NCBI GenBank assembly: GCA_051313645.2
Contig: JBNRSN020000001.1
Location: 156,922,001-156,986,000 of the forward strand
From: Centroscyllium fabricii
Lineage: Eukaryota
Direction: 5' to 3'
Length of the DNA: 64,000 nucleotides
This document shows positions 50,420 through 62,800 of the stretch, piece by piece. A model generated the notes under the pieces. It saw only the letters and a list, made by a program, of their open reading frames with translations, had not been told where the DNA came from and searched no databases. Numbering within the stretch: position 1 is the stretch's first letter; the number at the start of each line of letters is the position of its first letter. The position numbers and the translations under genes are program-made.

Positions 50420-52392
50420 CTACCCTTGTGAGTAATAGTGCTTTAGTTTCCTCTTACGCGTGCTCCTACATAGTGGTTCCGCTGTGGCTTCAGGAGATGT
50501 GGAGGCCCCTTGCTCACTTTCCTGCTGCTCCTGTCTCGACACCTTTGGCGGATGTCCTCTGGGGTGGCGAGCCTGTGAGGTCTCGCCGGCAGTCTGCAGC
50601 TCCTGCGGCTGAGCAGGGAGTGAGACACCTATCTCAGTTGGGTGTGGACTCGGGCAGGCCTCTGACCGAGGGCTCTGCAGTGGCATGGAAGTGTGAGCAC
50701 ATGGAGAGGAGCCCCCACTTCCTGCAGGTGTGCCACCAACTTCCCTCTCCTGGGTCAGCTCCCCCTCAACGCCTGCAAATGGCTGGAGAGCACCTTTCTG
50801 CACATCAGGGGGGCTATTGGGACCCGTATCTGCACTGGCAGTCCTACTCAGAAGGACTTCCATGAACGTCTGGTTTCTCTGTTCAGTAGCTGACCATCGC
50901 TCCTCCAGAGATGTCAGTCTATTCTGAACAGTCACCATGTTTTCCTCACTCCGGCAACTTACAGACTCCATAGCTGTAGCCAGCCTTTCCACGGAGGTTG
51001 CCATCCTTTCCATGTTGCTGCGTTCATGCGCCAATGACTCTACAAAGGCTCTGCTCATGGTCGCTATGGACTCCACCATTCGCTCCGCACTCGCAACGAC
51101 TCTGGAGACCAAACCTGCTAGAGACTCCTGCATCTGTGCATGGAATTCCATCACCTCTGATCTTTCGGATAGACCCAGAGGCAGAGGGTCGACATGCAGC
51201 TGAGCCGAGCTGGGAGAGTCCTGCACCCTCCGACTAGGACTCTCCACTGCTATCCCTGTCTCCACAATCTGCTGAGGCTCACTTGTGAGCTATGATACAC
51301 CAGGTGACAACACTACTCTTTGTCCCAAAGGTCCCACCGAGGTGAGAGTGTCTGCGCTGGTGCTGGGTGTGCTGAATACTGCTGAAGCTGCGCCCTCAGA
51401 GGTAGGAGCTTCCTCTGAGGAGTCGGTCTCCTCAACCTCTTCCTCCTCCACAGTGGGGTCAGGGGCTCTCGATGGTCCTGTGGGGGAGTAAAGGAAAGAG
51501 TTAGAGATGTGATGGCAAGGTTACATGCACATAGCATTTTGCAGATGATCATAAGTCCATATGATGTAGCTTCAGAATCATTATCTGCGAGTCATGCGAT
51601 GTCAATGAGAGATAGAAAACGATTCTGTCACCAGCTTGTGAGGATGCTCCTATCTCTCCTTCCCCAACTTCCACCGCCTCTGCATCCCTGACTATCTGGA
51701 GGACTCCTGCCTCCCAGGTGGTGAGGTGCGTGATGGAGGGTGGGCCTCCTCCTGTCCTTGCTCTCTCCTGTTTATTGTTCGCTCTCTTTTCCTGCAATGA
51801 GGGAGACAAGTGGAGGTTGAGTGAGAAAGAAGGAGTGTGCAGAGAGTGAATAGCATAGATAGTTGGAGGGAGACAAAGATGGAGTGAGGTTGCAAAACCA
51901 AGGGCCCTCCCTGTGTGCTGTCAGTTGTGGTCAAAGCATCAGAGAGGGAGTGTGAGGGCTGCATGGTCGAATAGTTCTGTGAATGTGAGCATAGAGAGAG
52001 AGGGAGTGGGTAAGGGTGCATGGATGTGAGTGTGAAGTGGGATGTGGAGGAAGAGATTCGTGAAGCTAAGTGCTGGTGAGGAAAGGCAATGGGGATCAGA
52101 TTGAGGGTGATGGAAACTTCATACTTACTTTTGCAGTCCAATGTAAGTCATGGAATCTCTTCCTGCACTGGATCCAGGACCGTGGTGTCAGGCCCACGGA
52201 GCTAACCCCCTTAGCCACCTGCAGCCAAGCAGCCTTCGTCTGAGAGGGAGGTCTCTTTCTCCCTGAGGAGGGGAAGAGAACCTCCCTCTGGGCTCTAGCC
52301 CCATCCAGTAATGCCTGCAATGATGCCTCGTCAAATTTGCGTGAGGGTCGGGCCCTCCCGCTGTCCGCAGCAGCTTCATGATCCTGTGACAT
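50420..52392 (-). CDS. Harbinger Myb/SANT protein gene of H2, 3 exons (about 52392-52128, 51792-51633, 51477-50420)
   Basis: MSQDHE..RKFDEASLQALLDG..KAAWLQVAKGVS..RSWIQCRKRFHDL then gtaagt; cag then EKRANNKQERARTGGGPP; a long last exon with coiled coil and basic C-terminus. Integrity of exon 3 not verified. Confidence 0.75.
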
Positions 52393-54182
52393 CTTCGTGA
52401 ACGTTTGGAGAAGCCTGCAGAGCAAGGAAGGCTTGCTGTTTGCATTAAAAGCACCAGCCACGATGACGTCATATTGTGTGACTTTCTGACTGGAAATAGT
52501 CGATTGGCAAGGCTTCCCACACGCGGGGAATTAATTGGCCAATTGAGCCAAAATTGCGTGGGGCTCCCAGGCCCTTTAACATTCGGGTCAGAAACCTGAC
52601 CCGCCCGAAACCCGCCAATTCCCCTTAAAGTTTTATAGTTTTCTGATGTTCCATGGTTGGAAACTTGTGTAAGGACAGTTAATGTGTAAGAATTTGGATA
52701 TATATTTAAATGATATTTATTAAAAAGTAACCAAAACAACAATTAATGTGCATATATGGTTTTTAAATTAGGGTACATATTAATTACACAATAAATAATA
52801 GTAATCCAAAATAATGCATATAAGAGTGCAAATTATTGCTGGCCATATTTGTGGACAAACACTTACGAGGTTCATATGGCATTTATCTTTTAACGGAAGC
52901 AATTACCTGTTAAAATAGAGGACTGTTAAAACTAAGGAATGTCATATGAATCTGTTAAGACTTCATTTCCTAATTACTACCTTATTACATAACCACCATC
53001 TCTGGAAGTCACCAAGCTGATCGTAGACTTAACCAGAAGGTTACTGGGGCATATTTTGGCAGCACATTTAACATTTCTGTAACCCGTGTATTTTTTGACA
53101 GGTTGGAGGGTCATTGCGGCTGGTTACTGGCAGGAGGATGACTTTTATGTCATGTGCATGCCAACCTTCATTCAGAGAACGATGACCCCCACATGTAAAA
53201 GTGAAAAAAAAATCACCTTCTCCATTTGGTTACATGTGTGGGACTGCTAATCCAATGCCAGGCATCTTATCTTATGCCCTCAAGTGCACTGGGTTCCTTT
53301 TCCCCATATTATCAATGTACAAAGAGTATCAAAGACCTGAAAAAATTCTAACTAGTTTATCTATACACCCATCTTAAAGAAGATGGTTCAAACCCAATGA
53401 CTCCTTTGATGCTGGGATATAAGTTACTTTAGCTGAATCTCCAGTCGCACAGTGCCCTTTTGCACTGATGGAGGGACTCCAGTAAAAAAATAATTCCGTG
53501 CTCCTACCACTGCCCGATGCCCCCTGGTCCCATGGTGCCCATGGTGCCCATGCCTCTCCCTCATTCTGACCAGTGTACAGACAACCAACTGCCTTTTTCT
53601 GACACCTGGCGCCTGAAATTCCAATCAGTTTTCCTCTTTCCTCCACCCCATACTCCAGAGATATATCCACGCAGTCAGACAAACATTTAAATGAGCTGAC
53701 CTCACATTATCAGGCAAGGTCAGTTCATTCCTGCAGAGGCTTCTTCTGCTGTGTTTAATCATGCTCTTTGTTAAATTTATATTTTGGTAATGTTTTGTGC
53801 TAATCAAGAGGGATGGTTGGTTGTATTAGCAATAGAATACTTTTTGCTTTTGACACCTAATGACAGCATCATGTAGTCCAGTCCAGGCATCACATGATCC
53901 AGACATGCAGTAAATGTGGCCTCTAAGTAGTTCCAGTTAAGTCGGTGGACAGAACAATATTGCTGACAATTTTTCTGGATGACGCAACATTTTTAGAAGA
54001 ACAACTAAACTCTTAAAATTTACATCCAGATCATCATGTTATCTCCATTTTTTAATATTGTTACTTGTGTCAATTACAGCAAATAAGATCACCTTGATGA
54101 CAGTTTTTTAAAGCAATTGAAGAAATCCTGCAGCAACAGTGTGCTGGGAGGAGGAAGTATTTTTCAGTGAGTTAGATGATAT

Positions 54183-55299
54183 TGTAGGAATCGGCAGACT
54201 ACCTAATCACGTTTTGAAAGTAAAAAGGCGCGGCAGGTACAACATGTCTTTATTACATCTGCTCAGGTAAAAACTGCTGGAAAAGCCCGCGAATCCGCAA
54301 GGTATTCTGGGGCACATGAATCAACATGAGTGGCAGTCCCTTAGGCCACAGAGACCAAGGCTGGCAAACCGGTTGTCCAATCGGACAGTGGGGGCGGGAC
54401 CGAATGTAGCATGGGGATTATGTCTGAGAGGGGAAGCCCTGGTGGCTTCCCTGGGTAGCGCCGCTACATACGTCCCCCCAGAATCCCCATGTACATGGAA
54501 GGTCAGCCTGCGGGGAGGTTTGACCAGGCGGCTGGAGCACGTGTGGTAGCCCACGGGCGTGTCCGGGACGGGGCTGGGGTCCGGCCGGGTCGTGGCTGTG
54601 GTAGGCGGTGCCGGCGTGGCGAGGGAGGGGGGAAATGGACGGCCGGGGGAGGACCAACCCCGCGTGGGGAGCCGGGGGGCATGGGTCGGACAGGGCGGGG
54701 TCCACGTGTGCCGTCTTCAGCCTGTCGATGGACACCAGGTCCTTCCTCCCGCCAACCACGAGGAGGAAGGCTTTGTCCCCTGTCTCCAGGACGCGGAAGG
54801 GGCCCGTGTATGGAGCCTGGAGTGGCGTCCGGTGGGCATCCCGTCGCACGAAAACGAAACGGGCCTGGCGCAGCTCGGCAGGGACATGGGTTGACCGTGG
54901 CCCGTGGGACGACGAGGGTGTGGGGAGCAAACGGTGGGCCGGGTTGTTGCTGCGGGCCAGCTGTTCGGTCGCCGACCAACCCTCGGTGGCGGAGGGTTGA
55001 AATTCCCTGGGGATGCGGAGGGGTTGGCCCAGGACTAACTCGGCCGAGGAGGCGCCGAGGTCTTCCTTGGGGGCCGATCGCAGCCAGAGCAGGACTCAGG
55101 GGAGTCTGTCGAGCCAGTTGGCGTCGGCCAAGCTGGCGCGGAGGGAAGCTTTGAGGGCGCGGTGGAACCGCTCACACAAGCCGTTGGACTGGGGTTGGTA
55201 GGCCGGTGTGCGGTATAAGGTCCCCAGGCCGGCGGCAATGGCGCCCCAAAGCTATGAAGTGAACTGGGGGCCCCTGTTGGAGGTAATGTCCAACGGAAC
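54183..55299 (-). mobile_element. 3' end of a CsRn1-type element (integrase C-half, PPT, 3' LTR at 54183-54468), interrupted by E
   Basis: YQPQSNGLCERFHR, RRDAHRTPLQAPYTGPF, SIDRLK. PPT TTCTGGGGGG. LTR with TG..CA ends. Confidence 0.85.
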
Positions 55300-55828
55300 T
55301 GTGGTAACCGTATTGTATAAGCTTACCACTGCAATATTGTCACACTGTTTTACAACACTGTCGTGGAGCCAGGTCAGCCACACCTCTAACTCCTCCCCCA
55401 GGTGAGGCCCTTTATAGGTGGGGACTGACCAGGCTCCCTCATTCTGTTCTGGATGTTCGTTCGGAGTGTAGCTCCAAAGTTAGTTAATAAAAGCCTGTAG
55501 TTTAAGGTCACTACTCGTCGAAGTCTTTTATTAAGAGAATTGACGATACTGTGGCGACACGCCCACCGGCAGCCACGAACCCGCGCTGGGAAGGCTGCAA
55601 AGCGGCCCCGCCCGTCGGAGGACGCACGGACTTCCCCGACGTGATGACGTCACCAGGTGGCCAGCCGGCAGTGACGTCCCCAACCGCGGGACCTTTAAAT
55701 ACCTGAGCGCCAGGTGGCTCAGCCTCTTCTCTCCACCTGGCCCTAGTTGTAACAAGTAGTATAATAAAAACTCTCCTTCTAACCTCTCTGTGTCCAGCGT
55801 GGTCCTTCAGCCTTGCAGGCCTCAACAC

Positions 55829-55840
55829 TGGTGACCCCGA
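55829..55840 (+). promoter_or_regulatory. tRNA-Trp primer-binding site of G
   Basis: TGGTGACCCCGA one nt after the 5' LTR, complementary to the tRNA-Trp 3' end as in CsRn1-clade elements. Confidence 0.88.
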
Positions 55841-55923
55841 TACCTGAGACGATTCTCAGGTGAACAATGAAGCAGCCACTGCAGGACTGAGGGCCAAGCT
55901 GCCGCAGCCGAATCGCTACCACC

Positions 55924-58900
55924 ATGCCAGCAGCAAACGACTCAGCACGCCAAAGCAGACGGGGCCAAGTTTACCTCCCGGTCCCAACCATACCACAATT
56001 CTGGGAGCTCCGTCCAGCGGCTTGGTTTCGCAACACCGAGAACACCTTCCGCATCCATGGCGTGCAGGGAGACGACCGCTACAGCCTGCTCTTCGCAGCC
56101 CTCGCACAGTCCACCATCGACAGAATGTGGGACACCATCGAGGAAGACACTTCTGCTGGCAGGTACGAATCGCTAAAGGCCGCGCTGCTCGCAAAATTTA
56201 CCCCAACCATTTTCGAGCGCGATTGCCAGGTCATTAACCTCCCCGACCTGGGAGATGCAGACCCCACCGACTTGTGGGCCCAGTTTGAGGCGCTCAATCG
56301 CGACTCGGACACCCTTAAGCGCGCCCTCTACCTCCTTAAGCTGCCGCCCTCCATCAGACCGACACTGACGGTCTTGGAGCACCTCTCAAACAGGCAGCTA
56401 GCTCAGGAGGCAGACAAGCTCATTAAGGCCGAGCGCACCCGCGCCACCATGCACCGCCACGCTGCCGCTCAACAAGAGCAGCACCACCCACAACCCCGGC
56501 CCCAACTCAGAGCCGCGCGGACCCACAAAAAGCCACGCACCGCGGCAACCGGCTGGTGCTACTACCATACCAGGTTTGAGGCCAAAGCGCAGCGCTGCGT
56601 TCCGCCCTGCAACTTCAAACCCCAAACCTGCCCCAGCCCCACCATGTGCGTCGGCCGCTCCGGAGCGCTGCTCTTCGTTAAAGACAGTGTCTCAGGCCTC
56701 CGTTTCCTCTGCGACACAGGCGCGCAGCACAGCATCGTGCCAGCCTCCCCCGCAGAATCCAAGCAGGGCACCCAAGGCCCACCACTCGAAGCCGCAAACG
56801 GCTCCGAGATACTCACGTTCGGTACCCGCCAGCTTACCATTAAACTAGCAGGCCACAGGTATACGTGGGACTTCATCACCGCGCAGGTTAACATGCCCCT
56901 ACTCGGAGCCGATTTTCTGTGCGCCCACGGGCTCCTTGTCGATGTTACCCGGCGCCGCCTGGTCGACATCCAAATCATGTCGACCATTCCGTGCTCCACA
57001 GCCCCAGCACACCAGACCCACGCGGCAGCTCACTGCCGGGCCCGCAACTCCGACACGTACGCCACGCTGCTCGCCGAGTTCCCCACCCTAACCAACCCCA
57101 CCTTCACAGCCCGCTCCGCCAAGCACGGCGTAGAGCACCACATCACCACCACAGGCCCCCCGGTCCACGCCCACGCACGCAGGCTGGACCCGGCCAAGCT
57201 AGAGATCGCTCGAGCCGAGTTCCACATCATGGAACAGCTCGGCATCATCCGCCGCTCCAGCAGCCCCTGGGCCTCCCCCCTCCACATTGCCCCCAAACCC
57301 GATGGCGGCTGGCGCCCCTGCGGAGACTACCGCCGCCTCAACAACGCCACCACCCCGGATAGGTACCCAGTCCCCCACATCCAGGATTTTTCCGTGAGGC
57401 TAGCCGGCTGCACGGTCTTTTCAAAGATCGACCTCGTGCGGGGCTACCACCAAGTTCCAGTGCACCCGGCGGATGTCCCTAAGACAGCCGTCATCACCCC
57501 ATTCGGCCTATTCGAATTTCTCCGGATGCCCTTCGGACTCAAAAACGCGGCCCAGGCTTTCCAGCGCCTCATGGACTCAGTCCTCCGGGACCTCCAGTTC
57601 ACATTCGTCTATCTTGACGACATCCTGGTGGCCAGCGCCTCCCCCCGGGAACACCTCATCCACCTCAGAACCCTTTTTAAAAGCCTGGCCGAGCACGGCC
57701 TCATATTAAGCCCCTCCAAGTGCCGATTCGGCCTCGAGGCTATTGACTTCCTCGGCCACCACATCTCCCACACCGGGGCCATACCCCTGCCCTCCAAGGT
57801 GCAGGCGGTCCAGGAATTCCCCCGCCCGCACTCCATCATGGGGCTGCAGGAATTCCTTGGAATGGTTAATTTTTACAACCGTTTCATCCCCGGCGCAGCC
57901 GCCCTCATGGCCCCCCTCTACCAGGCCACCCACGGGCAATCCAACAAGACCGCGGTCGAGTGGACGGCCGAAGCCGCCACCGCTTTCACCGCAACCAAAA
58001 CAGCCCTTGCCAAAGCCACCCTCCTCAGCCACCCCAGGCCCAACGCCAGAGTAGCCCTCACCACCGACGCCTCCGACCACGCTGTCGGAGCAGTCTTCGA
58101 GCAGTGGTCGGGCGACTCATGGCAACCACTGGCCTTTTTCAGCCGCCGCCTCCGGCCCCCAGAGGTCAAGTACAGCGCCTTCGATAGGGAGCTACTCGCT
58201 CGCTACCTCGCAGTGCGCCACTTCCGCTTCCTTTTGGAGGGCCGCCACTTTACAGCATTTGTGGACCACAAACCACTAGTCTCCGCAATGGCTAAGCTCT
58301 CCGAACCCTGGTCGGCCAGGCAGCAGCACCAGCTCGCAGCCGTGTCCGAGTTCACGACCGACATCCAGCACATTGCCGGCCGCGACAACGTGGTCGCCGA
58401 CTGCCTCTCACGACCCGCCATTCACAAGCCCAACCCCGACCACCCCCCAACCCCAGCCACCAACCGCGCCTGCGCACACTGCTGCGCATTCCCAACCACC
58501 AACACTGTCCAGACCGCGGTCGACTACGTCAAAATGGCGGCCGACCAACTCAGCGATCCCGACCTCCTCGACCCCACCAACAAACTTCCCGGCCTACTCT
58601 TAGCCACCGTAGCACACGGACCCACAGCCACGGGGGTCCGCTGCGACGTCACCCTGCCCCAACCCAGGCCCGTGGTGCCCCCCGCGTGGAGGCAGCACAT
58701 CTTCCAGACCCTCCACGGCCTCTCCCACCCCGGCGTCCGCGCATCCACCAAGCTCATCTCTGCGCGATTCGTTTGGCGCGGCCTAAAACAAGATGTCCGC
58801 GCCTGGACCACCTCGTGCAATGCCTGCCAGCGAGCCAAGGTGCACAAACACATCAAAGCACCACTCCAACCAATCGTCATCCCAGCCAGACGCTTCAGCC

Positions 58901-59814
58901 ACGTGCACATCGACCTGGTTGGACCACTACCCCCATCACGTGGACACTCGTACCTCCTCACAATGGTCGACCGCACCACCCGCTGGCCTGAAGCGGTCCC
59001 CCTCAACACGACCACCACCGCCGAACTGGCCAGGGCCTTCATCGCCACCTGGGTCGCCTGCTTCGGCGTCCCCAACGACATTACTTCAGACAGGGGCCCC
59101 CAATTCACTTCAACTCTATGGTCAACCATCGCTCACGACCTTGGGGTAACCCTGCACCGAACCACTGCCTACCACCCGCAAGCCAACGGCCTCTGAGAAC
59201 GGTTCCACCGAACTTTTAAAACATCCCTGCGGGCCAGCCTCCAGGACGCAACCTGGACGGACCGCCTGCCCTGGGTAATGCTCGGCCTCCGCTCAGCGGC
59301 CAAAGAAGATCTACACGCCTCGGCAGCCGAACTCGTTTACGGCCAACCACTAACGGTACCAGGCGAGTTCGTCGCAGAAACAAGCGAACCCTGGTCGGCC
59401 GAGCGCTGCCTCAGGGAATTCAACAACCAGGCAGCAGAATTCAAACCACTTCCGGTGGCCCGCCACGGTCACCCGGCGACACGTGTCCCCGATGCCATTC
59501 AGGATGCCAAGTACGTGTTTGTCCGCCATGACTCACACAAAACACCGCTGCAGGCACCGTACGACGGGCCATTCAGAGTGCTTCGGGCGGGACCCAAAAC
59601 GTTTGACATTCAAATGGGCAACATAACTGAGACCGTATCCATTGACCGGCTCAAACCAGCACACGTAATGGCGGGCGAGACAACAGTCCCCGCACAACCA
59701 CCTAAACGCGGCCGCCCTACCGTACCAAAACCCGCCCACACTCCCACACAGACCAACAAGCAACACATCACACGTGCCGGCCGTACCATCAGGCCACCTA
59801 AGCGCCTCGCCTGA
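55924..59814 (+). CDS. gag-pol of G, single frame with one in-frame TGA (59194-59196) in integrase
   Basis: CHCC knuckle CYYHTRFEAKAQRCVPPC; LCDTGA; YLDD; TDASD; HGLSH..CNAC; NGL*ERFHR; PYDGPF. Confidence 0.9.
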
Positions 59815-62800
59815 GGCGACACGGGCAGAGCATAGACGGCCCGCCACAACACCATCTTTCGAACCACGGAACAGCACACAACACCTGCCGGCCACAACAC
59901 CAGGCCATTGCGGCAAACTGTCGGACATTCTGTGTGTAATCGAAATGTGTGTCTGCTCTCCTTTTTGTCTCCCTCTCCTCTAGGAAACTACACTTCCCCT
60001 CGCGGATTCTGGGGGGGAGCTGTGTGGCGACACGCCCACCGGCAGCCACGAACCCGCGCTGGGAAGGCTGCAAAGCGGCCCCGCCCGTCGGAGGACGCAC
60101 GGACTTCCCCGACGTGATGACGTCACCAGGTGGCCAGCCGGCAGTGACGTCCCCAACCGCGGGACCTTTAAATACCTGAGCGCCAGGTGGCTCAGCCTCT
60201 TCTCTCCACCTGGCCCTAGTTGTAACAAGTAGTATAATAAAAACTCTCCTTCTAACCTCTCTGTGTCCAGCGTGGTCCTTCAGCCTTGCAGGCCTCAACA
60301 ATACGTCAATTTTATTAACTAAGAAAATTTGAAATGGAGAGCGGTGCGGTAAAGCCAGAAAAGCTGGACACCAGTCCACAGGACCCAGCCGCCGCCACCA
60401 CGTTCGAACACTGGTTCGGTCTCCTGGAGGCCTATATGGACGCCGCCAAGGCTACAACTGACGGGAACAAGTTGCAAGTTCTCAGGTCTAGGATCTCCAG
60501 CCGAGTATTCTCCCTCATCCGAGATGCCAAAACCTACCCAGTGGCAGTGGAAAAGCTGAGGAAATGCTACGAGCGCCCGGTCCATTCGGTCTACGCCAGA
60601 CATGTGCTCGCGACCAGACCACAACTACCGGGTGAGACAAACGAACAATTTGAGCAAGCACCCCAGGCCCTGGTACGGGTCTGTGGCTGCCAACCACGGA
60701 CAGCAGAGGAGGAGGCGAATCTCCTCGTCTGTGATGCCTACGTAACAGGCCTAAGGTGCGTTGAAGCCCGCCAGCGGCTGCTGGAGAAAGACTCTCTGAC
60801 TTTAGAAGAGGCGATTTCTATATCGAACTCTGTAGAAGGGGCACGCAACAAGCTGCAGGCGTACAGTGGCACAAACCCGCAGGCCTACGACATGTGGGCC
60901 GCGCCACAACGGGCCCAGGCCTGGGCAGCACCACAACGGGTCGAGACCCCCACGATGGCTGCGACAGCTGCAAAGGCAGACAAACGGTGCTACTTCTGCT
61001 GCCAGGGACTGCACCCACGAGCGAGATGCCCAGCGAGGACCGCGACCTGAGAGAGGTGCTCCAAAAAGGGACACTACGCGAAGGCCTGTAGATCAGCACC
61101 AGCAGCGCCCAACTCCAGGTACAACAGCGCAGCCTGTGAAAGCTCCGCCAGGACTCAGGTAAGCTGCAATAGCAGCGCGATCCAGCGACGGTCCGGGGGT
61201 AGAAGAAAAGCGCCCCCATCTCCCACCCTGATGCGGCAAAGGCCGGCTGCACCCACGGCACGCCAAGCTCAGCCACGGCCGGCCATGCGCGACCCCCCAA
61301 CGCCAGCAGCAGCACACCCAGCACGGCCCGCTGCGTGCGAACCACGGGCACCGCCAACCCAGCCACCGCGGCCCACTGCATGCGAACCACGGGCACCGCC
61401 AACGCGCTCACAGCGGTCAGCCGCGTGCGAACCACGGGCGCCGCCATCTTGTCTCCAGCGGCCCACCATGTGCGACCCCTTGGCGCCGCCATCTTGTCTC
61501 CAGCGGCCCGCCATGTGCGACCCCCCCAGCGCCGCCATCTTGTCTCCAGCGCGCCGCCATGTGCGAGCCATGGGCGCCGCCATCTTGTGTACAGCCCCAA
61601 CCAGCAGGGGGCCCCCACACACAAAGACACACTTCGGCCTCAGCCATACCTAAAGTGGACCAGGCTAGGCCACACAACCTATCAAACCCGATCAAAATCA
61701 ACGGCCACGTTACTAATTGCCTGTTCGACACTGGAAGCACAGAGAGCTTTGTTCACCCTGATACAGCGCAGCGCTACGGACTGCAGATCCTGCCCACGCG
61801 CTACCAAGTCTCCCTTGCTTCACAGTCCCACACCGCGGACGTCACCGGCTACTGCTCCGTCACGCTCACAGTCAAGGGTTGTGTGTACCGTAACTTTAAG
61901 TTGTACACCCTCAAGCAGTTGTGTGCCCCAGCCTTACTAGGTCTGGATTTCCAGTGCCACCTCAAGAGCGTGACAATGGAGTTCGGCGGGACCTTGCCCC
62001 CCCCCTCACCGTCAGTAGCCGGGACAGTCCCTTCCCAAAGCGGAGCCCAGCCTGCGGCCTCTCCACCCTGAAAATCGACCCCCTCTCACTGTTCGCCAAC
62101 CTCGACCCCAACTGCAAACCTATTGCTACTAAGAGTCGGCGGTACAGTGTGGGGGATCGCACGTTTATCAGGTCGGAGGTCGGGCGTATGCTGAAGGAGG
62201 GGATAATTGAAGCCAGCACCAGCCCCTGGCGGGCCCAGGTAGTAGTGGTGAAGACTGGCGAGAAACAGCGGCTGGTTATCGACTACAGCCAGACCATTAA
62301 CCGCTACACCGGGCTCGACGCCTACCCCCTTCCCCGCATCTCGGACATGGTCAACCAGATCGCCCAATATAAGGTGTTCTCCACGATCGACCTTAAGTCG
62401 GCGTATCACCAACTCCCGATCCGGAAAGCCGACCGCCCGTACACCGCCTTCGAGGTAATCGGTCGGCTCTACCACTTCCTCCGGGTCCCCTTCGGCGTGA
62501 CCAACGGAGTGTCAGTGTTCCAACGGGAGATGGACCGCATGGTTGACCAGAACGAGTTGCGGGCCACCTTCCCTTACCTGGACAATGTGACCATCTGCGG
62601 CCATGACCAGCAGGACCACGATGCCAATCTGGCCAAATTCCTTGATACGGCGGAAAAGCTGGACCTTACGTATAACAAGGACAAATGTGTGTTTAATACA
62701 GACCGGCTCGCCATCCTCGGATACGTGGTGGAGAACGGGGTCCTCGGCCCCGACCCACAGCGTATGCGCCCCCTACAAGAACTGCCCCTACCTCACAACC

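Larger units (their letters stand above)
42321..52624. mobile_element. Harbinger DNA transposon H2 (transposase on +, Myb/SANT gene on -), centre filled with LTR elements
   Basis: Left TIR GGGGTAAAGTTTC. The right subterminal region matches the MITE, though the extreme TIR is lost. Two convergent genes. Confidence 0.82.
55550..60300 (+). mobile_element. Very young full-length CsRn1-type Gypsy element G
   Basis: 278-bp LTRs at 55550-55827 and 60023-60300, identical by eye. 4-bp TSD ATAC. PPT GGGGGGGAG. Confidence 0.96.
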
